DNA from: a bacterium
GTDB taxonomy: Bacteria > UBA8248
Reading direction: 5' to 3'
DNA length: 64,000 bases
Assembly (NCBI GenBank): GCA_965221165.1
Contig: CBDCRP010000003.1
Span: 96,001-160,000 of the forward strand
Below the pieces are notes generated by a model that saw nothing but the letters and a program-made list of their open reading frames with translations, was not told the origin of the DNA and ran no database searches. A program made the position numbers and the translations under genes. Positions 40,371-50,470 of the stretch are shown piece by piece. Within the stretch, counting starts at the first letter, position 1. Each line of letters starts with the position of its first letter.

Positions 40371-42065
40371 TCATTTTTCTCCTCCGGGGCGCGCCCCTCG
40401 GATGGTGCGGCTCAAATAAATCACGGGCAACAACCCCGCCGCCACAATACTCAAAGAACCAAGGGCACTTTCTTCCAAAAGTTCATCCGAGGCCAGTTGG
40501 TGAACATGCGTGGCCAGAGTTTCAAAATTAAACGGGCGCAATATGATTGTCATCGGGAGTTCTTTCATCGTATCGACAAACACCAAAATGGCCGCCGCCA
40601 GAATACCGCCACGAATCATGGGTAAATGAATACGCTTGAGGGTTCTCATGGGTCCAAGACCCAGCGTTCGAGCGGCGCCATCCATGTTAGGCGTAATTCT
40701 CATCAGGCTGGCTTCCAACGTGCCATAGGAAAGCGCCAGGAAACGAGCCAGATATCCATAGGTAACAGCGACGATTGTGCCGCTGAAGAGCAGACCTGTG
40801 GAGATGCCAAAGGCATTTTTGAAAAATCCCTGGATCGCAACATCCACCTTTCCCATAGGGATTAGAACACCGACGGCGAGAACTGCGCCTGGAACGGCAT
40901 ATCCGATACTGGCGAACCTGGCCGCAGATTTGAGCAGCGTGTTTTCTTTTAGACGTACTCCATACGCCAGAAAAATACCTGCCGAAACTGACAGGACCGC
41001 GCCGAGTGATGACAATAACAGGCTGTTTGAAAGAATAGAATAAAAATCACGTGAAATGCTTTCCTCATAAAAACCCCAAGCGTAATAGCCCAAAACACAT
41101 GACGGCAGAATGAACCCAAACCCGATCGGCAGCACGCATAAAATCACCGCACCAAACATCTTCGCTCGCTTCAAATGATAACTTGGCAAGGCCTGGTATT
41201 TGGTGGAAGTATTATGAAACCTTTGATTGCTGCGCGATTTTCTCTCCGCCCATAAAAGAAGCAAGACAAAGCAGAGCGCGACAACGGCAAGTTGCGCAGC
41301 ACCCGACAGGTTGTTCAGGTTAAGCCACACGTCAAAAATTCCAGCCGTGAGCGTCTCCACAGCGAAGAAATCAACCGTTCCAAAATCATTCAAAGCTTCC
41401 ATCAGAACCAGACTCACACCGATGATGAGGGACGGACGCGCCGAGGGCAGGGCAATGGAAAAAAAACTCTGCCACGCGGTTTTGCCCAAAGTTCTGCTGA
41501 CCTCCAATATGCAAACTGATTGTTGAACAAAGGCGACGCGCGCGAGCAGATAGACATATGGATAAAGCGTAACCGTCATCACGAAAATTGCCCCGCCGAG
41601 AGAGCGGATTTCCGGAAACCAGTAGTCCCGACTTGATTCCCAAGCGAAGGCGCCGCGCAATAACGTCTGCACCGGGCCCGCAAATTCAAAGACGTCGGTA
41701 TATACATAGGCCACGACGTATGCGGGCATTGCCAAGGGTAAGAGCAGCGCCCATTCGAAAATTCGTCGTCCCGGGAACCGGCATAGCGTTACCAGCCATG
41801 CGGTGCCCGTCCCGATGAGCAGTGTGCCAATGCCCACCCCCAACAACAGGCCCAGAGTGGTCATTACATAGCGCGACAATACGGTCGTGAGCAGGTGATG
41901 CCAGATGTCACCACTAGGCTTAAGGGCGAGAATGCCTACCGACAGGAGAGGAGCCGCTATGAAAAATGCGAGCAGAAGGGTTCCGCCCGTCCAAAAATCT
42001 ATTTGAAACCATTTAGCCAAACGCCTCGGGAAGGCGTCTATGTTCAATCCAACACCTGCGCTCAT
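40371..42065 (-). CDS. fbpB: Fe(III) ABC transporter permease
   Basis: Duplicated permease domains: LAMPAYV, YPYVY, LNDFGTV, GYAVPG and MKELP. Confidence 0.9.
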   Translation of the reverse strand: MSAGVGLNIDAFPRRLAKWFQIDFWTGGTLLLAFFIAAPLLSVGILALKPSGDIWHHLLTTVLSRYVMTTLGLLLGVGIGTLLIGTGTAWLVTLCRFPGRRIFEWALLLPLAMPAYVVAYVYTDVFEFAGPVQTLLRGAFAWESSRDYWFPEIRSLGGAIFVMTVTLYPYVYLLARVAFVQQSVCILEVSRTLGKTAWQSFFSIALPSARPSLIIGVSLVLMEALNDFGTVDFFAVETLTAGIFDVWLNLNNLSGAAQLAVVALCFVLLLLWAERKSRSNQRFHNTSTKYQALPSYHLKRAKMFGAVILCVLPIGFGFILPSCVLGYYAWGFYEESISRDFYSILSNSLLLSSLGAVLSVSAGIFLAYGVRLKENTLLKSAARFASIGYAVPGAVLAVGVLIPMGKVDVAIQGFFKNAFGISTGLLFSGTIVAVTYGYLARFLALSYGTLEASLMRITPNMDGAARTLGLGPMRTLKRIHLPMIRGGILAAAILVFVDTMKELPMTIILRPFNFETLATHVHQLASDELLEESALGSLSIVAAGLLPVIYLSRTIRGARPGGEK

Positions 42066-42129
42066 GCCATACCAACTACCAAATTTACTTCAGACAAAAC
42101 CACCTCTTGGAACCTTTTATAAAGACGAA

Positions 42130-42179
42130 GACCCCCAAAGCCCTGTATCCATAATGAGGATATTAAGGCTTTTGGGGTC
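42130..42179 (-). terminator. Intercistronic hairpin between fbpA and fbpB (partial terminator / mRNA stabiliser)
   Basis: GACCCCCAAAGCC...GGCTTTTGGGGTC with an inner TATCC/GGATA stem. Confidence 0.6.
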
Positions 42180-42192
42180 GTGATTCTAGCAG

Positions 42193-43263
42193 CTAATTGC
42201 TCGGGCTGAAGTTATTGTAATCCACCTTGTCTACCAGTTTGGAGGCGAGGGCTCTCTTATTCGCCACCTCAGCCAAATTGATGGTATCGGCCTTGAATTT
42301 TCCCCAGGATGCAACCAATGGATGAATTTTCACGCCTTTTTTCAGTGGGTATTCATAATTCTGGTCGGCATACAGTTTTTGCGCATGTTCACCGCTCAAA
42401 AATTCGATGAGGCGAATCGCGTTTTTCCGGTTTTTCGCATGCTTGGCGACGGCGGCGCCGCTGATGTTCACATGCGTGCCCCTGTCCTTTTGATTCGGGA
42501 AAACGATGTATACCGCTTTCGCCCATTCTCTCTGAATTATCTTTTTCTTGTTTGTCGCCATTTTCGCCATGTAATACGTGTTGGCCAAAGCGAGGTCGCA
42601 TTGTCCTGCGTAAATGGCTTTCGCTTGCGCACGATCGTTGCCGCTGGGCTTGCGGGCGAGGTTGGACTTGAGGCCCACCAACCATTTCCTGGCTTTCGCT
42701 TCTCCCAAATGCGTCACTATGGAAGCGAACAAAGATACGTTGTAGACGTGTTTTCCCGAGCGCGTACAAATCCGGCCTTTCCATTTGGGATCGGCCAAAT
42801 CCTCATAGCGGGTGAGTTCACCCGGTTTTACGCGTTTTTTGCTGGCGTATACGACTCGTCCGCGCAGCGTGAGGCCGAACCAATGGCCCTCGGGATGGCG
42901 ATAGGACGAGGGGATATTCTGCTCCAACACCTTTGACTTCACGGGTTGCAACAATCCGGCCTCATCCATGTCGTGCAGTCGACCGATATCCACCGTCAAC
43001 ACCGCATCCGCTGCTCCCGGCGTCGCCTTTATTTTTTCCAGCATGCCTTTTTTCGCAAAAACGATGTTGGTCTTGATTCCGGTTTTTTCGGTGAACGCTT
43101 TCAGGATCGGTTTGATGAGAAAAGGCTGCCGGTAAGAGTAGAGGTTTACAACCTCTTCGGCGCTTGCCGTGGTCTTGCACATGGCGAGGACGGCCAGAAT
43201 GAAAAACACGGAAATTCCAAGGCATAACCTCACACGTTTTGCTTCATTCAGTACCGCAAACAT
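42193..43263 (-). CDS. fbpA: Fe(III) ABC transporter periplasmic binding protein (FbpA/FutA)
   Basis: VNLYSYR, TVDIGRL, GNDRAQ, NTYY (Tyr-Tyr Fe ligands), HVNISG and NYEYP. Start placed at ATG 43263 after a GGAG RBS. Confidence 0.9.
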   Translation of the reverse strand: MFAVLNEAKRVRLCLGISVFFILAVLAMCKTTASAEEVVNLYSYRQPFLIKPILKAFTEKTGIKTNIVFAKKGMLEKIKATPGAADAVLTVDIGRLHDMDEAGLLQPVKSKVLEQNIPSSYRHPEGHWFGLTLRGRVVYASKKRVKPGELTRYEDLADPKWKGRICTRSGKHVYNVSLFASIVTHLGEAKARKWLVGLKSNLARKPSGNDRAQAKAIYAGQCDLALANTYYMAKMATNKKKIIQREWAKAVYIVFPNQKDRGTHVNISGAAVAKHAKNRKNAIRLIEFLSGEHAQKLYADQNYEYPLKKGVKIHPLVASWGKFKADTINLAEVANKRALASKLVDKVDYNNFSPSN

Positions 43264-43358
43264 TGATTCTATCTCCTGTCCAAGGGGTGTCGGCCACATG
43301 GCCATGTTGCGTGAATTCGGCTTAAGAGCGAGCCGGGGGACAACAAATTCGTGAAAAA

Positions 43359-43913
43359 TCAAACTCGTCGTTTGGATTGCTTTATTTTTTTGGACATATC
43401 GTCGAAATCGATGACGCTGATGTCGCAATGGTAAGAACATGTCGGGCACGTATCGACGCTCTCGCACGAGCGGCGAAACTGATGGAATTTCTCCAGGATT
43501 TCCTGATTGCCGTGCTCTTCGAAAAAGCGCAGCAGATCGAGAAGCCTGTCTATGGAGTTCCCGCTCACGTAGTGCTCCATCACGCAGGCGTCGACAAAGG
43601 CTTGCTCTTCTTCCACTCCCAAAACGTCTGTGAGGAAGTGCATTAAAATAGAGAATTTGCCCGACACGCCTTTCGCCCGTTTTGCGCCTTCTTCCGTCAA
43701 GAGTATGCTTTCGTACACACGGTGAGACACTAGTCCATTCGAACGAAGCGTTTTTACAGCCGCTGAAACAGCCGGTTTCGCCACACCCAGCATGGAGGCG
43801 ATGTCCGTCACGCGCGCATAACCCTTGCTCTCCTGAAGTTCGAATATGGCGCGCAGATAATGCTCCAGGCTCGGCGAGAGGGAACCGGGGGAATGTTGTG
43901 GCTGTGGAGTCAT
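43359..43913 (-). CDS. DtxR/MntR family metal-dependent transcriptional repressor with a Cys-rich C-terminal tail
   Basis: SLEHYLRAI, ARVTDIA, FLTDVLGV and ACVMEHYVS. The tail reads CESVDTCPTCSYHCD. Confidence 0.9.
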   Translation of the reverse strand: MTPQPQHSPGSLSPSLEHYLRAIFELQESKGYARVTDIASMLGVAKPAVSAAVKTLRSNGLVSHRVYESILLTEEGAKRAKGVSGKFSILMHFLTDVLGVEEEQAFVDACVMEHYVSGNSIDRLLDLLRFFEEHGNQEILEKFHQFRRSCESVDTCPTCSYHCDISVIDFDDMSKKIKQSKRRV

Positions 43914-43967
43914 GGAATAAATCCCCTTTGGAATTGAAGGTCCTGATTGTTAAAACAAGACAATAAA

Positions 43968-44012
43968 GTTAAGTTCAATTAACAATGTTGCCTATACTTT
44001 CACGTTTGTCAA
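43968..44012 (-). promoter_or_regulatory. Putative DtxR-type operator and -35 element
   Basis: Imperfect palindrome GTTAA-GTTCAA-TTAAC (43968-43983) just downstream of TTGACA (44012-44007 on the minus strand). Confidence 0.5.
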
Positions 44013-44093
44013 GAGGTAAACAAGAAATTTTTCGAATCACGATGCGGATAATCAAGGAAGGGGTAAAACAATTTGCAAATCCTACTATCCCGA

Positions 44094-45029
44094 TTACTGA
44101 AAAAAAGGCTGAATAGCGCCCCTGGCGCCCGCCCATTGTCCTAATTCGCCCCCAAATACTTTTGATGAGCGACTCGCCTGCTCGAAAGAATTCTCCTCCC
44201 AGGCTTTCTGGGCGCTCGGGAGGAAATGCTCTTTCGCGTTCATCAGTCCTCCCGCGAGAACGATGCATTCGGGATTCAGCAAGTTCATGATGTTGGCGAT
44301 TCCGACGCCAAGCGCATAGCCGGAATTTTCCCAGATTGATTTCGCCTCATGGTCGCCGGAGCCGGCAAGTTCGGCCAAGGAGAGAGGCGATATCTCATCA
44401 GCCGACGCAACAGCGGAACCTGGATGCCGCGCCGCATAAGCCTTCGCATCTCTTTCCAGGGCCCAGCCCGAGAAGCAGGCCTCCAGGCATCCTCGAGAGC
44501 CGCAAGTGCATGGCTTACCGTTTTTTTCGATTACCATATGGCCGATTTCTCCCGCCATCCCGGATACGCCACCCCAGATCTCTCCATTCTGAATGAAACC
44601 TCCACCGATGCCGGTGCCCAGTGTGATGATGAACATGCTCTCATATCCTACGCCCGCGCCTGCGAAATACTCTCCCAGCGCAGCGGCATTCGCATCGTTC
44701 ATCATATGGATCGGGACAGGGGAGAAGGCATCTTCCAGCATGCCTAAAAGGCGAACCCCGCTTAGAGCGGGCAGGTTGGGGGAGTCAACGATTCTTCCGG
44801 CATCCGAATCCAGAACACCCGCAACGGCGACGCCGACGCCTCTTGGACTTTTATTTGAAGAGAGGGATTTTGCCGCATCCTTGAACAAATCGAGGTAATC
44901 TTCCGCCTTCCGGCACCGTTTTGTATCCAGAGAACAACGTTCTTGCAATTCTCCATCCAGGCCGAAAGACGACGCCTTGAGAAAGGAGCCTCCAAGATCA
45001 AAACCAACATAGACTTCGCTGCCGGGCAA
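44094..45029 (-). CDS. ROK family sugar kinase (glucokinase-like)
   Basis: GFDLGGS, NDANAAALGE, TLGTGIGGG and GEIGH...CTCGSRGCLE. Confidence 0.92.
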   Translation of the reverse strand: MPGSEVYVGFDLGGSFLKASSFGLDGELQERCSLDTKRCRKAEDYLDLFKDAAKSLSSNKSPRGVGVAVAGVLDSDAGRIVDSPNLPALSGVRLLGMLEDAFSPVPIHMMNDANAAALGEYFAGAGVGYESMFIITLGTGIGGGFIQNGEIWGGVSGMAGEIGHMVIEKNGKPCTCGSRGCLEACFSGWALERDAKAYAARHPGSAVASADEISPLSLAELAGSGDHEAKSIWENSGYALGVGIANIMNLLNPECIVLAGGLMNAKEHFLPSAQKAWEENSFEQASRSSKVFGGELGQWAGARGAIQPFFQ

Positions 45030-45121
45030 TGGTCAAAACCTCGGTTCAGTCGAATCGTTTCTTTTTTATCTTCTATCCAAGGGTGTTCCGCAAAGAGAAT
45101 GAAAATCTAAACAGTGCCGTA

Positions 45122-45892
45122 TTATTCGTAGGCCCGATTAGTGGAGTCGATTACCTTGGCGAGGCGGTCATATCCATCATCAGTGGAAACCCTTGAAGCC
45201 CGACCGTTGAATTCGACTTTTGCAAAATAGCTTTCCGCATCCGAAAGGGTGTCGTCCGTGTCTATCATCAATGCAATGCCATCAACTTTCGGGGCCTCGG
45301 AACCAAATACTCTTCGATAATCATCCATCACGTTGCGTTTCTCGGTTATCCATTTATCGAGGTCATCCATGCCGCTTCTGACGACGATATAATGAACCAT
45401 TGGATTCTTCCGGCTTTTGAGAATCGAACCCTCGGGCGCGCTCGTTTCCCAGACATACCCGATCAATTGGCTGTTGATGAAACTGGGAAATCGAGGGAAT
45501 ATGACATAAACACCGGCCGCCTGATCATCGGATTCGCCATTTCGTGCATCCGCGCCTTCGGGGAGTTTCGTCACTTTCCATTTCCATGAGAGAAAAGGAA
45601 ACTTCTTGAGGTCCAGCTTCACTTCCCTATGGATCGAAACGGACGCCTTTTCGCTTCTCATCCGAAGTACTTTCGCGTCCCTGTTTTCCTCCCGAACCAG
45701 TCGAATGTCGGCCTTTCCATGCCATACCTTGAGCGCCCAACCTTTTGGTAACTTACCGGATTTTTGGGGCGTTGGGTTGAAGGTGAAGTCCGTCAGGATG
45801 ACTTTCTTCTTTTGGGCGAGAGCCGGAATTGGACTTTGCAGGGCCACAAAGATCGCCAGCATGGCGAGAATGGCCACATGGACATGCCTCAT
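45122..45892 (-). CDS. DUF3047 domain exported protein
   Basis: Signal peptide, LSWKWKV, DDQAAGVYVIF, YVW, EKRNVMDDY and MIDTDDT. Confidence 0.8.
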   Translation of the reverse strand: MRHVHVAILAMLAIFVALQSPIPALAQKKKVILTDFTFNPTPQKSGKLPKGWALKVWHGKADIRLVREENRDAKVLRMRSEKASVSIHREVKLDLKKFPFLSWKWKVTKLPEGADARNGESDDQAAGVYVIFPRFPSFINSQLIGYVWETSAPEGSILKSRKNPMVHYIVVRSGMDDLDKWITEKRNVMDDYRRVFGSEAPKVDGIALMIDTDDTLSDAESYFAKVEFNGRASRVSTDDGYDRLAKVIDSTNRAYE

Positions 45893-45971
45893 AACACGAT
45901 ATCCTATGGATTTCTCGTCGGTTGGGCGATCCGTGTAGTCACGGGTAACCGATGAGATTCAAAGGCCAATC

Positions 45972-47321
45972 TTAATTCACCAACAAAATCATCAAATCCA
46001 TCACGTTGGTTCCGCTCGGCCCGGTGAATACACACGCGCGCCGTTTGCGGAAAAAATTGTAACTATCATTATTACGCAAAAAAGCGTTCGGGTCAAGTCC
46101 TTGATTTTGGCTCGTTTTTGCGGTTCTTCCGTCGACTATCGCGCCCGCGGCTTCCGTGGGGCCGTCTCTCCCATCGGTGCCCGCGGCGAGAAGACAGACA
46201 TTTTCGCAACCACGAATTTCTATGGCGAAAGAAAGAGCGAGTTCCTGACACCTGCCGCCCAAGCCGTCTCCCAATACTTGCACCGTTGTTTCTCCGCCAT
46301 ACAGCAGGCATTTCGGCGAGTGTATTTTGCGAGAATCGCCCAGAATCCTCTTCGCGTCTTCCGCGATGGATTTACCTGCCTGCCTGGCTTCGCCGCTGAG
46401 TGAAGCGGTTCGCATCTCGACAATGTAACCCTTTGATTTTGCTTTATTATATGCCGCCTGTAGGGCGATCTTGTTGTTCGCTACGACATGGTGGTTCACA
46501 CGTCTGAAAATCTTGTCCCCAGGAGCAGGGGTCTCCGGAATCTCGTGTTTGCAACCAGCCTCTATCCTTTTTCGGATTGTTTCAGGCGCCTCACGGAACA
46601 CGCCATAGCGCCGCAAATACGCTTTTGCCTCAGCGAATGTGGATGAATCGCCGGCAGCAGGACCCGAGCCAATGACGTCAAGGGGATCGCCAATCACATC
46701 AGAAACCAAAAGAACATTCATGCGAGCCGGAAAAACTTTTCTAGCCAAATTCCCGCCCTTTACACCGGATAAATGCTTCCGCACACAATTGAGAGCCTCT
46801 ATGGGAGCGCCTGCTCTTAGCAATGAAGTCGTGACGGATTGTTTGTCCGCAAGAGAAATCCCGGGCGCGGGCGCGGGCATAAGAGCGGAGCCACCGCCAG
46901 AGAGCAGAAATATCACCATATCCTCCTTGCGGGCGGCGGCGGCCCATTTTTCTATTTTTCGGGAGGCTTCCACGCCGGATATATCGGGAACGGGGTGGGC
47001 GGCTTCGAGAATTTCGACATGCCTGCATCTTTCCGCATGGCCATACCGGGTGACGACGACGCCACCCGCAATCCGATGTCCGAGGCGTCGCTCAAGCGCG
47101 CGCGCCATTTGAGAACTTGCTTTTCCCGCCCCCAGAACGATAATTCGCTCCGTTTCGTCGAGGGAAATTCTTTGCTTGCCGCAAACGAGAAACTCCTGTC
47201 CACATTCCTTCTCTATTTCCACATGTCGGCGAACAGCCTCACCGGCATGAACGGCATCGAGCCCGGCCCGGAAAATAGAGCGCGCCTCTCTCTTGAGGGA
47301 TCTTGGGCTCGTCGATTTCAT
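45972..47321 (-). CDS. Glycerate 2-kinase (MOFRL/TtuD family)
   Basis: GAGKA, AAHPVPD, LLSGGGSAL, KGGNLA, GGETTV, GTDGRDGPT and GTNVMD. Confidence 0.92.
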   Translation of the reverse strand: MKSTSPRSLKREARSIFRAGLDAVHAGEAVRRHVEIEKECGQEFLVCGKQRISLDETERIIVLGAGKASSQMARALERRLGHRIAGGVVVTRYGHAERCRHVEILEAAHPVPDISGVEASRKIEKWAAAARKEDMVIFLLSGGGSALMPAPAPGISLADKQSVTTSLLRAGAPIEALNCVRKHLSGVKGGNLARKVFPARMNVLLVSDVIGDPLDVIGSGPAAGDSSTFAEAKAYLRRYGVFREAPETIRKRIEAGCKHEIPETPAPGDKIFRRVNHHVVANNKIALQAAYNKAKSKGYIVEMRTASLSGEARQAGKSIAEDAKRILGDSRKIHSPKCLLYGGETTVQVLGDGLGGRCQELALSFAIEIRGCENVCLLAAGTDGRDGPTEAAGAIVDGRTAKTSQNQGLDPNAFLRNNDSYNFFRKRRACVFTGPSGTNVMDLMILLVN

Positions 47322-47449
47322 ATCGGCGTTTCGTCTCATCGGGAAGCGGGATAAAACATGGCCGGCGCATCGCCCTTTCCGTTCATTCCATGTACTCTTG
47401 ATTCTACATGAATTCAGATGTTCTTTCCTGAAAGAGGAACGAAGGAGAA

Positions 47450-48457
47450 GTGGTGGCAAGCGTCGGAATTATAGCAAACCCGCAATCAGGTAAAGACATC
47501 CGGAGACTGGTGGCGCTGGCAAGTTCTTTCAGCAACAACGAAAAGGTTTTGATGCTTCGCCGCGTGATGGCGGGTCTTGTCGCAATGGGCCTGGACAAGA
47601 TATTGATGTTCAACGATCTCGGCTCTTTAGGCGCCGCCGCAATAGATGGCTTTCAACACGACAACAAAACCTCGAACGCAGAACTCTTTGAAGCGGATGC
47701 CAGGGGAGAAACGGCTGACTCCACCAAAGCGGCTCACAAACTCAACGAACTCGGCGTTCGATGCATTGTTGTTCTGGGAGGCGACGGCACTTGTCGCGCC
47801 GTCGCCAAAGGGTGCGGAAAAACTCCCCTGATCCCCTTGTCAACCGGAACGAACAATGCCTTTCCCTTTTCATGGGAGGGGACCGTGGCCGGCATGGCCG
47901 CGGGTTTGTATGCGCTTCATCCCAGAGTCTATGGAAGCGAGAAAAAAGCGACGAAGCAGCTTCATGTGAACCTGAATGGTGACTCCGAAAGCGCATTGGT
48001 GGATATCGCCATCACCAAGGAATCGTTCTCCGGGGCGCGTGCAATCTGGGATGTAGGGCGAGTGGATTCACTCGCCTTGACGAGGAGTGAACCCGGGCGT
48101 TTGGGACTTTCTTCATTGGGCGCAAGTTTGCGGCCGATCGAACCATGCGAGCCCGTGGGACTGTGGTTGAAGCTCGGAGTGAATAACAAAACCAAACGCC
48201 TTCTCCTCTCTCCTGTGGGACCCGGGCAGGTTGCTTCTGCGCTCGTGGAGGAACACAAGATAGTCAAAGTAGGTGAAAGCATTCACTACCAGGCGCCCGC
48301 AGACAGGGTGCTGGCTTTTGATGGAGAGAGAGAACACGTATTGAGCAAGGGGGAGGACATAGAAATATCGTTGCGACTCGATGGGCCTGCGATATTGAAT
48401 GTTCCCGCCATTTTGAAGAAAGCGGCCATCCGCGGCGATCTGCGAACGAAGAATTGA
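47450..48457 (+). CDS. AcoX-like / ATP-NAD kinase family protein
   Basis: GIIANPQSGKDIRRLVA, LGGDGT, STGTNNAFP and AFDGERE. Confidence 0.85.
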   Translation: MVASVGIIANPQSGKDIRRLVALASSFSNNEKVLMLRRVMAGLVAMGLDKILMFNDLGSLGAAAIDGFQHDNKTSNAELFEADARGETADSTKAAHKLNELGVRCIVVLGGDGTCRAVAKGCGKTPLIPLSTGTNNAFPFSWEGTVAGMAAGLYALHPRVYGSEKKATKQLHVNLNGDSESALVDIAITKESFSGARAIWDVGRVDSLALTRSEPGRLGLSSLGASLRPIEPCEPVGLWLKLGVNNKTKRLLLSPVGPGQVASALVEEHKIVKVGESIHYQAPADRVLAFDGEREHVLSKGEDIEISLRLDGPAILNVPAILKKAAIRGDLRTKN

Positions 48458-48511
48458 TGGCATTGGCGTTCCCGCCATTCCTGCGAGAGGGAGAAATGTA
48501 TTCGAATATAG

Positions 48512-48540
48512 TTGACAAAAAAGGGCCAAGTGATTATCTT
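48512..48540 (+). promoter_or_regulatory. sigma70 promoter
   Basis: TTGACA-N17-TATCTT. Confidence 0.75.
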
Positions 48541-48543
48541 AAC

Positions 48544-48570
48544 GTGGCACTCAGCATCGTCGAGTGCCAA
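48544..48570 (+). promoter_or_regulatory. CIRCE element (HrcA operator)
   Basis: GTGGCACTC-N9-GAGTGCCAA versus the consensus TTAGCACTC-N9-GAGTGCTAA. It begins 3 bp after the -10 box, the canonical position. Confidence 0.82.
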
Positions 48571-48580
48571 GGTATTGATA
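48568..48580 (-). promoter_or_regulatory. IHF consensus site overlapping the CIRCE right arm
   Basis: Reverse strand TATCAATACCTTG matches WATCAANNNNTTR exactly. Confidence 0.5.
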
Positions 48581-48731
48581 AATAATGAATTTAACTGTTT
48601 ATCCCGTTCATCCCTGAAGTTCTCGGGATGTTTTTAAACACACAACGCCTCGGTCAACTTGATAGTTCAGGAGAGAAGAACGGCTTGGACGCCAGCGAAC
48701 AATTCGCATAGATTTTTTAAGGAGTTCTAAG

Positions 48732-49697
48732 TTGATACGAGTTGAAAACCTCACAAAATACTATGGCAATCTTCGGGGAGTGAAGGATATATCCTTCCGG
48801 GTCGAAGAGGGAGAGGTGCTGGGATTCCTCGGCCCCAACGGCGCCGGCAAATCCACGACCATGCGCATTTTGACGGGTTACATGCCGCCCAGTTCCGGCT
48901 CGGCCTGGGTGGCAAACATCAATGTTTCAGAATCGCCACTGGAAGCGCAGAAGAATTTGGGGTACCTCCCGGAAAATAACCCGCTGTACGGAGATATGAC
49001 TGCAAGAGCTTATTTGAATTTCGTAGCGTCCATGAAAGGCATGAGCGGTGCGGAGAAAGAAGCCGGCATCCAAAGGGTAATCGGCAGTTGCGGGCTTGAG
49101 GATGTCGCCAACCGCCTCATCGGCAATCTCTCGAAAGGATATCGCCAACGCGTCGGTTTGGCGCAAGCAATGGTGAACGACCCGCCTGTGCTGATTCTCG
49201 ATGAGCCCACTTCAGGTCTCGACCCGGCGCAGATCGTGGAAATCCGGAATTTGATTTCAGAACTCAAGGGCAATCGCACCCTCATCCTGAGCACACACAT
49301 TTTGCCCGAAGTGAATATGGTCTGTGACCGTGTCGTCATTATCCATCACGGCGTGGTAGCGGCCGAGGGTGCGCTCGATACGCTGGCGGCGAGCGCACAG
49401 GCGGATTCGACCATACGCGTTTCGGCAATCGGAGGCGTTGGAACTTTATCCGACAAAATGAAAACGGTATCGGGTGTTGAGCGCGTAGAACTGCTCGGCA
49501 CATCAACGGGAGAAGAGGCGCATTTCGAGGTGCACGCAAAAGGCGGCGATGACATTCGCTCCGATCTGGCCGCCGCCGTATACGCGGCGGAAGGAAAACT
49601 CACTGAAATTCGGCAGGTAAGGCTAACGCTGGAAGACCTTTTCGTTCGTATCGTCAGCGGGGAGCAAAAACACGATGAGGAAACTGTAAATGCGTAA
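48732..49697 (+). CDS. ABC-2 ATP-binding protein, GldA-like
   Basis: GPNGAGKST, GYLPENNPLY, LSKGYRQRVG, LDEPTSGLDP and STHILPEV. Confidence 0.92.
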   Translation: MIRVENLTKYYGNLRGVKDISFRVEEGEVLGFLGPNGAGKSTTMRILTGYMPPSSGSAWVANINVSESPLEAQKNLGYLPENNPLYGDMTARAYLNFVASMKGMSGAEKEAGIQRVIGSCGLEDVANRLIGNLSKGYRQRVGLAQAMVNDPPVLILDEPTSGLDPAQIVEIRNLISELKGNRTLILSTHILPEVNMVCDRVVIIHHGVVAAEGALDTLAASAQADSTIRVSAIGGVGTLSDKMKTVSGVERVELLGTSTGEEAHFEVHAKGGDDIRSDLAAAVYAAEGKLTEIRQVRLTLEDLFVRIVSGEQKHDEETVNA

Positions 49698-50466
49698 CAC
49701 TTTTTGGATATGCCGGCGAGAACTCGCCTCGTTTTTCTTCTCGCCCATCGCGTACGTGATCCTCGCGGCATGGACGGTACTGACGGGCATATTCTATTCC
49801 GGCGCATTTCTCACCTATGCCGCCGTTTCCATGCAGTTGGCCAGAAACCCCCAAGCCGCAGCGCAATACAACATCACGCCAACTTCGTCCGTTCTTGAGC
49901 CGGTATTCTCCAGCGTCACCGTCATCCTCTTGTTCGTCGCGCCATTGCTGACGATGCGTCTGTTCAGCGAAGAGAAAAAGCAGGGCACGATGGAGTTGAT
50001 GCTCACTTTTCCGCTGCGCAACGGGCAAATGTTTGCCGGCAAATACCTTTCCGTTTTATCTATCTACCTGGTCATGCTGGCAATTACTCTCGTCTATCCG
50101 ATCATCCTGAGCGCTTTCGTCAAAGTGGAGTGGACCATCGTCTCCTCCGCCTATCTCGGAATACTATTGACGGGCATGGCGTTCCTTTCCGTTGGCCTTT
50201 TGGCCAGTTCCTGGACGTCGAATCAAATCGTCGCGGCCATGGTTGCCTTTATGGTGCTTCTCGCGACTTTCCTCATGGATTTTCTCGCGGCATCGGCCAG
50301 TGCCCCTGTGGCCTCGATTCTCAGGCATCTTTCATTCGGAATGCACTTGCGAAATTCCATCCGGGGCATCATCGATACGCGCGACATCATCTATCTCGTC
50401 AACATCAACATATTATGTGGTTTTCTGGTGCTCAGATCTCTTGAATACTACAGGTGGAGAGGGTAG
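49690..50466 (+). CDS. ABC-2 permease, GldF-like
   Basis: RELASFFFSPIAY, PLLTMRLFSEEKKQGTMEL, SNQIVA and GIIDTRD. Confidence 0.9.
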   Translation: MRNTFWICRRELASFFFSPIAYVILAAWTVLTGIFYSGAFLTYAAVSMQLARNPQAAAQYNITPTSSVLEPVFSSVTVILLFVAPLLTMRLFSEEKKQGTMELMLTFPLRNGQMFAGKYLSVLSIYLVMLAITLVYPIILSAFVKVEWTIVSSAYLGILLTGMAFLSVGLLASSWTSNQIVAAMVAFMVLLATFLMDFLAASASAPVASILRHLSFGMHLRNSIRGIIDTRDIIYLVNINILCGFLVLRSLEYYRWRG

Positions 50467-50470
50467 GGAC

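Noticed and set aside
43264-43467. N-terminal extension of fbpA overlapping the DtxR gene; likewise the 50192-50470 extension of the GldG-like ORF
   Set aside because: These are artefacts of longest-ORF calling. Better starts with an RBS and signal/TM segments exist at 43263 and 50471.
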